From Candidatus Yanofskybacteria bacterium (lineage in GTDB: Bacteria > Patescibacteriota > Minisyncoccia > 2-02-FULL-40-12 > IGHO2-12-FULL-4), in assembly GCA_016185525.1 (NCBI GenBank), contig JACPNK010000007.1:23008-87007 (forward strand): a stretch of DNA of 64,000 nucleotides, given 5' to 3'. Within the stretch, counting starts at the first letter, position 1, and each line of letters opens with the position of its first letter. Both the position numbers and the translations under genes were made by a program. Positions 57,772 to 64,000 of this stretch are shown here, in pieces. The notes under the pieces are model-generated. The model was not told the origin of the DNA. It saw nothing but the letters and a program-made list of their open reading frames with translations, and ran no database searches.

Positions 57772-58804
57772 ATGGCCGAAAAAGACACCAAAATAGAAGA
57801 TTTAAAAACTGAACTCCGCCAGCTTGCGGAGCGTCTTTGAGGTTGCTCAAAAGACAGAAAAAATCAAAGAGATTGAGGTAAAAATGCAGGCTTCGGATTT
57901 TTGGAAGGACTACGAATCGGCCCAAAAAATGACCGGTGAGCTAAGTTATTTGAAGAGTGAAGTTGAGGAGGTTGAGAAACTGGAAAAAGACTTTGAAAAT
58001 CCGGAACTTTGGCAGGAAGCAGAAAAAAGACTTAAGTCTTTGAAGCTTAAAACTCTTTTTTCAGGAAAGTATGACAAAAGCAATGCTTTGCTTGAAGTTT
58101 TTTCCGGCGCCGGTGGGATAGATGCCCAGGATTGGGCAGCTATGCTTTTCAAGATGTATCAGCGTTACGCGGAAAAAAATAATTTTAATTTCAGAATTTT
58201 ACATCAGTCTTTCGGAGAGCAGAAAGGTTTAAAGTCGGCTACAGCCGAGATCAAGGGCAAGTTTGCTTACGGTTATTTGAAAGGCGAGTCGGGTGTGCAC
58301 CGCTTAGTCAGAATTTCGCCATTTTCAGCCAAAAACTTGAGACATACTTCATTTGCTTTGGTTGATTTTCTGCCTTTGATTGAGGATGTCAGTTTTCAAG
58401 TCAGAACCGAAGATTTAAAAATAGACACATTCAAGTCGTCCGGTCCCGGCGGTCAGAATGTAAATAAACTGGAGACGGCCGTAAGGGTTACTCATTTGCC
58501 AACCGGTTTGGCGGTGGCGGTGCAATCAGAAAGATCACAGAGTCAAAACAAGGAAAAAGCTTTGCAGGTGCTATACGCTAGGCTGGCGCAGTTAATGGAG
58601 AAACAAAAGATAGAAGAGCTTTCAAAGTTAAAGTCGCAAAAGGAACCGGGCGGCGTGGAGTGGGGCAGTCAGATCAGGTCTTATGTTTTGCATCCTTACA
58701 AATTAGTGAAAGATCACAGAACAGGTGTGGAATCTTCCCAGCCGGAAAAAGTTTTGGACGGAGAATTGGAGGAATTTATTGAAGCAGAAGTCAGTTTATT
58801 ATGA
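57772..58804 (+). CDS. prfB: Peptide chain release factor 2 with programmed +1 frameshift
   Basis: ATG 57772, 22 codons to CTT TGA (57835-57840) preceded by GGAG; the +1 frame holds SPF and GGQ. Confidence 0.96.
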
Positions 58805-59484
58805 TTCATTTTAAAAAAGTAACAAAAAAATATAACCATGATTTCTGGGCTCTTCACGGAGTTGATCTTGAAATTAAAGACGGAGAGTTTGTTTCCCTGG
58901 TCGGACCTTCCGGAGCGGGTAAGTCTACTTTGATAAAGATGCTTATCAAGGAAGACCGGCCTACTTCCGGCCAGATTCTTTTGGACAATGTTGATTTGGC
59001 CGACGTGCCTGATCAGGACATTCCTTTTTTGAGAAGAAAGATCGGAATGATTTTTCAAGATTTTCGTCTGCTTGAGAGCAAAACGGCTTTTGAAAATGTA
59101 GCCTTTGCTTTGGAGGTTTCCGGTGTGCCGGAAGAAAGCATAGCCGAAGACGTAAAACAGGTTTTAACGATTGTCGGCCTTTCAGACAAGCAAAAAAACT
59201 TTCCGCGGGAGCTTTCCGGCGGAGAAAAACAAAGGCTGGCTTTGGCTAGAGCCTTGGTGCACAGGCCAAAGATAATTTTGGCCGATGAACCGACCGGCAA
59301 CTTGGATTTAGTCAACAGCTATGATGTGGTAAAATTACTTTGGCGGATCAATGAACTTGGGACTACGGTGATTCTGGCTACGCATGATGTTCAGATTGTA
59401 AATACGGTGGGCAAGAGGGTGGTGACTATGGAAAAAGGCAAAGTAGTCAGAGATCAGCTTGAGGGCGGGAAATATATAATTTAA
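58801..59484 (+). CDS. ftsE: Cell division ATP-binding protein FtsE
   Basis: GPSGAGKST, IFQDFRLL, LSGGEKQR, ADEPTGNLD; paired with ftsX. Confidence 0.93.
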   Translation: MIHFKKVTKKYNHDFWALHGVDLEIKDGEFVSLVGPSGAGKSTLIKMLIKEDRPTSGQILLDNVDLADVPDQDIPFLRRKIGMIFQDFRLLESKTAFENVAFALEVSGVPEESIAEDVKQVLTIVGLSDKQKNFPRELSGGEKQRLALARALVHRPKIILADEPTGNLDLVNSYDVVKLLWRINELGTTVILATHDVQIVNTVGKRVVTMEKGKVVRDQLEGGKYII

Positions 59485-59486
59485 AC

Positions 59487-60416
59487 ATGGAGAAACAGAA
59501 GGATTATAAAAATTATTCTTTGGGCAGAATTATCAAAACCGGCTGGGTCAGTTTCAGGCGCAACAGTTTTTTGAGTTTCGGCGCGACGGGCGTGATGGCT
59601 CTGGCTTTGCTTGTTTTTTCAAGCTTGATTGTTTTTAATTTTTTTACCAACCGCCTGATCAGTTTTTTAGATGAAAAAGTTGATGTCAGCGTTTATTTTC
59701 AAGGCGAGGCCAAGGAAGACCAAATTCTTAAAATTAAGTCTGATCTGGAAAGCTTATCAAGCGTAGAAAGGGTTGTTTATGTTTCGCGAGAGCAGGCTCT
59801 TGAAGATTTTAAAGTCCGCCATAAAGACGATCAGCTGATCCAGGATTCATTGGCGGAATTGGAGTCCAACCCTCTGCAGGCTTCTTTGAACGTTAAAGCT
59901 ATAGACACCGGACAGTATGCGTCAATTACAAACTTTTTGGAACAAAACAGTCTGAAGACTGTTATTGATAAGATAAGTTTTTACGAAAACGAGGGGGCGA
60001 TAGAGAGGGTCAGAGGTTTTTCCAGAGGTTTGTATGGTTGGGGACTTTTGGCCACGATTGCTTTGGGACTGGTGGCGGTGCTGGTAACTTTTAATACAAT
60101 CCGGCTGACTATATATAACAAAAAAGAGGAGATTGAAATCATGAAGTTGGTGGGAGCGTCCAATTGGCATATCCGCGGACCATTTTTGGTTGAGGGCGGA
60201 CTCTATGGTCTTTTTGCCGCCGTCTTGGCTCTGGCCATATTTTATCCGGGTATTTATTTTGTTTCAGACAAGCTTGGCGCTTTAGCTTCTTCTTTGAATC
60301 TTTTTTCATATTTCGTCGGCTACTCTTTGCAAATGATTTTAGTGATTGTCGGTTCTGGTCTGGCTCTCGGTGTTTTTAGCAGTTTCTCGGCCATCAGAAG
60401 GCACCTCAAAATTTAA
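59487..60416 (+). CDS. ftsX: Cell division permease FtsX
   Basis: NTIRLTI..K.EEIEIMKLVGA...I..PF..EG. Confidence 0.93.
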   Translation: MEKQKDYKNYSLGRIIKTGWVSFRRNSFLSFGATGVMALALLVFSSLIVFNFFTNRLISFLDEKVDVSVYFQGEAKEDQILKIKSDLESLSSVERVVYVSREQALEDFKVRHKDDQLIQDSLAELESNPLQASLNVKAIDTGQYASITNFLEQNSLKTVIDKISFYENEGAIERVRGFSRGLYGWGLLATIALGLVAVLVTFNTIRLTIYNKKEEIEIMKLVGASNWHIRGPFLVEGGLYGLFAAVLALAIFYPGIYFVSDKLGALASSLNLFSYFVGYSLQMILVIVGSGLALGVFSSFSAIRRHLKI

Positions 60417-60478
60417 TAGACTATGGACAGATGGTTCAAGTTATGATAGTATCTTGAGAAGCAGAAAAGGAGGTTAAG

Positions 60479-60637
60479 ATGTTGAAAGTAGCGGACCTTA
60501 AAAAGCTGTTAGTTTTTGTGCTGGTGGTTGTCCTGGTCATATTTTTGGCAGGATTTTTGAAAATGATTTTTCTGCCAGTAATTATCGGCTTGGTTGTATG
60601 GCAGATTATAAGGCTTGTCTTAGGGAAAGAACATTAA
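60479..60637 (+). CDS. 52-aa hydrophobic membrane protein (not in ORF track)
   Basis: AAGGAGG SD; MLKVADLKKLLVFVLVVVLVIFLAGFLKMIFLPVIIGLVVWQIIRLVLGKEH*; TAATG coupling to the next gene. Confidence 0.7.
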   Translation: MLKVADLKKLLVFVLVVVLVIFLAGFLKMIFLPVIIGLVVWQIIRLVLGKEH

Positions 60638-61152
60638 TGAAAGAAATTGAGAGGAAGTTTTTAGTTAAGAAGTTACCGCCAGGTTACAATTTTTCAAGGT
60701 CTAAAATAAGGCAAGGTTACATTGTAATTTCGCCAGATTTAAAAAGCTGCGTTAGGCTTAGGGAAGAAAGACATTTGCCCGAAAAAGGATTTAAGTTCAG
60801 AGCTTTCAAAGAATTTACACAGACTGTCAAGCGAGGCAGTGGCAAGGTCAGGGATGAGTTTGAGATAGAGACTTTTCAATGGCAATTTACGGCGCTTTGG
60901 CCGACAACTGCCGGAAGAAGGCTGGAAAAAACAAGAAATTATTTCTATGACCCGTCTTTTTACAAAGGGCAACTGTGTCTTCTGGACGTTTTTCATAAAA
61001 ATCTTAAGGGATTGATTCTGGTTGAGGTGGAGTTTAACTCTGAAAAGGAAGCCGATGCTTTTGTTCCGCTTGATTGGTTCGGAAAAGAAGTTACGGAAGA
61101 TAAGAGATACAGTAACCAAAGTCTCGCCACGCACGGTCTGCCAGCCGGATAG
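60637..61152 (+). CDS. CYTH domain (triphosphate tunnel) protein
   Basis: EIERKFL, IRQGY, VRLR, EKTR, EVEF, WFGKEVTED.RY.N. Confidence 0.92.
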   Translation: MKEIERKFLVKKLPPGYNFSRSKIRQGYIVISPDLKSCVRLREERHLPEKGFKFRAFKEFTQTVKRGSGKVRDEFEIETFQWQFTALWPTTAGRRLEKTRNYFYDPSFYKGQLCLLDVFHKNLKGLILVEVEFNSEKEADAFVPLDWFGKEVTEDKRYSNQSLATHGLPAG

Positions 61153-61362
61153 ACAAGTTTGCCATAGAGCGTTAACACGCTCTTTTGTTTTAAATCGCGG
61201 CGGCAGATAAGCTGTAACTCTCACCCCAATACAACTTTGTCTCTACTGGTGGTGGGGCAGTGCTAGCATTCCTGGCGGGGGAAGAGTTGCCAGGGTTAAA
61301 AGCTTTGGAAACAGTCTAATTTTGACTATTTTTCGGGGGTTTTGGTCGGGTAGTACATACAC

Positions 61363-61391
61363 TTGACAAACCCATAAAAAAAGAGTATAAT
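61363..61391 (+). promoter_or_regulatory. Perfect consensus sigma70 promoter
   Basis: TTGACA-17 nt-TATAAT. Confidence 0.85.
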
Positions 61392-61599
61392 TAAAGTATT
61401 GAAAAGTGGTTATTCCGGGTCACGGGTCAGCCTTTTTTCATTTTTTGCTCTTTTATAAATAAAAATAAATAAAAAAGACTTTTACCCCGACGCGAAGGGG
61501 ACTGACGGTCGCGAGCAGAGGCAATTACGCTTCTTCGCGGCCAAGGTAGTTGCAGTAAAAAATCAGTCCCGCTATGGAGCGCGGACGGGGGAGAAGAAA

Positions 61600-61818
61600 A
61601 TGTTATTAGTAGGGATGTGGGTGGAAGTGAGTGGAGTCGCAATGAATTATGACTCCACTAAAAAAATGTATTTACCCGCCGCGGCAAGAGGCGAACGGGG
61701 GGTTGTTAACTCCAACCATCCCAGTGGGATGGTTGGAGTCAGATTTTCAAAGTTTGTAGGATACGGCCATCAGCCGTACTTCTACTACTTTAAGGAAAGC
61801 GATCTCATCGAGTTATAA
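61600..61818 (+). CDS. 72-aa SH3/KOW-like small protein encoded within hairpins
   Basis: GGGGAG SD; VGMWVEV...GERGVV...GMVGVRF...YYFKESDLIEL beta-barrel-like pattern, judged by eye. Confidence 0.55.
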   Translation: MLLVGMWVEVSGVAMNYDSTKKMYLPAAARGERGVVNSNHPSGMVGVRFSKFVGYGHQPYFYYFKESDLIEL

Positions 61819-62113
61819 TGAGATCGCTTTCCAAGGGTTTGAGGATTTTCCCGCGGTAAATAAAAATCCTAGCTCTTTCAATAAAAGCGCAAAGAAAGGA
61901 GAACATTTGCACATAAGATAGCAGGGGATCGTCCTGCTGAAAAAACGACTAGGTCTGGCGAGTACCTGAAACTAAAACTCGCCACCTTAACTCAAGCTAT
62001 CAATATAGTGTTGACGGCTTGATCCAAGGTTAGGACGTTAAAAAAATAAATAGCCGGGTTTAACTCGGCGAGCAGGGGACTGCTTGAGTGTCCCACCCTT
62101 GAAAGGAGGGTTT

Positions 62114-62492
62114 ATGAGATCAGAGGTTTTATTGAACAGATTAGATATGGAGGCAGCACTGGCGAATGCCTCCGAAGAAATTTTGACCCCGTACTGGGGG
62201 GTGGTGGGTGGCGTGACCAAAATGGGAGTCGCCGCCGCGATAGCAACAGGGCGGGGGCCAGGAGTGGTCAATAAGTAATGGCCACCTGTCGCCCAAAAGC
62301 GATTTGGTAATTTATGTAAATATTGCCCTCGCGGAGTTGGTGGGCGGCAAGGCGGAAGCCCAGGGGCTGACGCCAACTTTATTGAGAAGGAGATTGGAGA
62401 GGATGGGGCTACTCACCGAGGCCGGTGAGTGGCGGACAGGTTGGATCGGGAACCGTTATCGGTTCCAGGTGGATCCGGTGGCCTGTCGGTAG
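62114..62492 (+). pseudogene. Apparently frameshifted small ORF
   Basis: AAGGAGG SD + ATG 62114 gives a 54-aa ORF; the +1 frame is open 62244-62492; removing one A near 62270 joins them. Confidence 0.4.
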
Positions 62493-62823
62493 AATCGTCG
62501 GCAGGATCGACGTTTTTTAGTGAATTGAATCGCAATGCTTCTTCGGAAATGCACAGCGATTCGACCGCATGGGTAATGGCGGTATAGCCGGGCGCAAGCT
62601 CGAGGTGCATGGATCGAAGATTTCTTTCGACCCTGGTAAATTAAAAATCCGAGCATGACCTACCTTTTGCCGCGAGGCATCTAGAGGGTCATGGGCTCCT
62701 ACGAATTGGAGCAAAATGCAATCATAAAGAATTTATATATAGGGAGATCTCGTTTGATCGACATCTCCCTTCCTTACTCAAGTTCGGAAGTGAAAACTTA
62801 CGAATTTGAATGAAAGTTTTTTT

Positions 62824-62851
62824 GAGCCAGCCCCAAGCTGGCTCTTGTTTT
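62824..62851 (+). terminator. Intrinsic terminator closing the island
   Basis: GAGCCAGC-CCCAA-GCTGGCTC-TTGTTTT. Confidence 0.75.
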
Positions 62852-62902
62852 ACCCGTAACACGCTCTTTTGTTTTAAATTATTTTAGTTAAGATGAAATT
62901 AT

Positions 62903-62922
62903 TGCGGGATCGTCTAGTGGTA
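62903..62922 (+). pseudogene. tRNA 5' stub (acceptor 5' strand plus D-loop), probably tRNA-Gln
   Basis: TGCGGGATCGTCTAGTGGTA resembles the start of the tRNA at 63848; no 3' half follows. Confidence 0.7.
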
Positions 62923-62955
62923 TACAAAAATCAAAGTCTATGATAGAATTAATGT

Positions 62956-63858
62956 GTGGAAAGTTGTAAATTATGCGATAAAAAATTCAAAATAATAAGT
63001 AACACGCACCTATTACTGGCACATCAAATTAGAGTTCGAGACTACATTAAAAAATTTGGTCATAAAGGGGTGGGCTTTATTGTTAATGTTTTAAAATTGC
63101 CAAAGGACGACCCGCGTTATATTTTTTGGAGGAAAAGTTTGGAAAGAAGAAATACGGGCTGGGCTAAGGGTTTTACCAAAAATACTCATCCTAGCTTAGC
63201 AAAAATGGCCCAAACTTTTAAAACAAAGAAGATTGATAATTTTAAAAAATGGAGGGAAGAGTCTAAGCTATCTGGTAAAATTCCTGCAAGTTATCCTGAA
63301 TTTAAAAAAGATAAGAACTTGGCTTTTTTGATAGGGATGACCTTGGGTGATGGTAATATATATAAATTTCCAAGAACAGAGAACTTAAGGATAGCGTTGG
63401 CCTCCAAATATCCTAAGTTGGTTGCATTTACTGCCAATGTCATTAAAAAAGTTTTTAGCAAAACTCCGACCGTTAGGAAAATCAAAAATTCAAGGTGCTT
63501 TACGGTTGGCATTTACCAAAACAATATCAGTAGTCGCCTTGGCATTCCAACAGGAGAAAGGAGTCGACTCAATTTTAACATACCAAGTTGGATTTCCGAA
63601 AATAAAATTTTTCTTACAAATTTTCTAAGAGGATTATTTGAGGCAGAGGGTTCCCTTTCGGTTCATTTGCCGACATGTACTTATAACTTCTCTTTTGCTA
63701 ATAGAAACAAAAGTTTATTGAAAATTGTTGAAAAGTCGTTAAAATTACTAGGTTATCATCCAGAAATAAGATCTGTTGCTGTTCGTTTGCGTAGAAAGGT
63801 CGAAGTTGAGAATTTTAAGCAGTTAATTAGTTTTAGAGTTTACAAATTGCGGGGTTGA
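62956..63858 (+). CDS. Free-standing double-motif LAGLIDADG homing endonuclease with N-terminal Zn finger
   Basis: CKLC...HLLLAH...DY Zn finger; GWAKGFTK NUMOD3-like motif; LAFLIGMTLGDG and FLRGLFEAEGS. Confidence 0.88.
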   Translation: MESCKLCDKKFKIISNTHLLLAHQIRVRDYIKKFGHKGVGFIVNVLKLPKDDPRYIFWRKSLERRNTGWAKGFTKNTHPSLAKMAQTFKTKKIDNFKKWREESKLSGKIPASYPEFKKDKNLAFLIGMTLGDGNIYKFPRTENLRIALASKYPKLVAFTANVIKKVFSKTPTVRKIKNSRCFTVGIYQNNISSRLGIPTGERSRLNFNIPSWISENKIFLTNFLRGLFEAEGSLSVHLPTCTYNFSFANRNKSLLKIVEKSLKLLGYHPEIRSVAVRLRRKVEVENFKQLISFRVYKLRG

Positions 63859-63922
63859 GCAATGGTAGTCTCGTCAGGCTCTGAACCTGAAGATCCTGGT
63901 TCAAGTCCAGGCCCCGCAGCCA
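63848..63922 (+). tRNA. tRNA-Gln(CTG)
   Basis: TGCGGGG/CCCCGCA acceptor stem, TCAGG-CTCTGAA-CCTGA anticodon arm, CCTGG-TTCAAGT-CCAGG T arm, CCA; first 11 nt overlap the endonuclease gene. Confidence 0.95.
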
Positions 63923-64000
63923 ACAAGGATAAGATTAGATTGAAAGGTTTAAGATTTAGAATAAAAAAACGGGCAAAGTCCGAAAGGGACTACCCTGTGT

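Larger units (their letters stand above)
61398..62851 (+). ncRNA. Candidate ~1.45-kb highly structured transcript of unknown class
   Basis: Promoter-to-terminator unit with about 20 consecutive stems, G-U pairs on the + strand and UUCG/GNRA loops; 5' end estimated from the -10 position. Confidence 0.55.
61173..62879 (+). mobile_element. Island bounded by 23-bp exact direct repeats
   Basis: TAACACGCTCTTTTGTTTTAAAT at 61173-61195 and 62857-62879; the first copy is the loop and 3' arm of the CYTH-gene terminator. Confidence 0.75.

Noticed and set aside
871-60170. Many antisense or alternative-frame ORFs overlapping conserved genes (e.g. 871-1344, 9836-10309, 41655-42212, 56944-57381)
   Set aside because: Shadow ORFs of well-identified genes, with no recognisable motifs or independent expression signals.
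62038-62714. Minus-strand ORFs in the island
   Set aside because: No SD or promoter; they oppose the + strand promoter, terminator and G-U bias, and are expected by chance in GC-rich palindromic sequence.
62923-63867. Group I or BHB intron in tRNA-Gln
   Set aside because: Almost all of the interval is coding, there is no room for a ribozyme core, the downstream tRNA is already complete, and the spliced product would mispair.
63968-63998. GGGCAAAGTCCGAAAGGGAC hairpin resembling c-di-GMP-I riboswitch P2
   Set aside because: The GCAAAG/P3 continuation is missing and the window ends here, so it cannot be supported.

Overview
Chromosomal segment of a Patescibacteria (CPR, probably Parcubacteria-like) genome, inferred from the missing rpmD/uL30 in the spc block, split ComEC, short MetK, DUF4012 and mostly SD-less core genes; genetic code 11. 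The core content is hisS(3' end)-HIT-rpsU-yqeY-ybeY-ftsA-ftsZ, a class II RNR, metK, ndk, the str/S10/spc ribosomal cluster to secY-adk-map, galT/tpiA/pgk, RNase P RNA, glycosyltransferases, lepA, ftsH, frameshifting prfB and ftsEX, plus tRNA-Pro/Gly/Gln and a 6S-like RNA. Three unusual layers stand out. (1) A ~1.7-kb island (61173-62879) bounded by exact 23-bp direct repeats. It carries a perfect sigma70 promoter, two boxA-like motifs and a terminator around ~1.4 kb of nearly continuous + strand hairpins with small, partly decayed ORFs; I regard this candidate large structured RNA as the top unexplained signal. (2) A free-standing LAGLIDADG gene lying between a 20-nt tRNA 5' stub and a complete, 5'-divergent tRNA-Gln, consistent with a tRNA-replacement element. 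(3) A Y1/RAYT transposase flanked by palindromes, together with many short palindromic or tandem-repeat elements in intergenic spaces, in RNase P RNA and in frame inside lepA, pgk, galT and others. All calls come from reading the sequence; no searches or folding programs were run.
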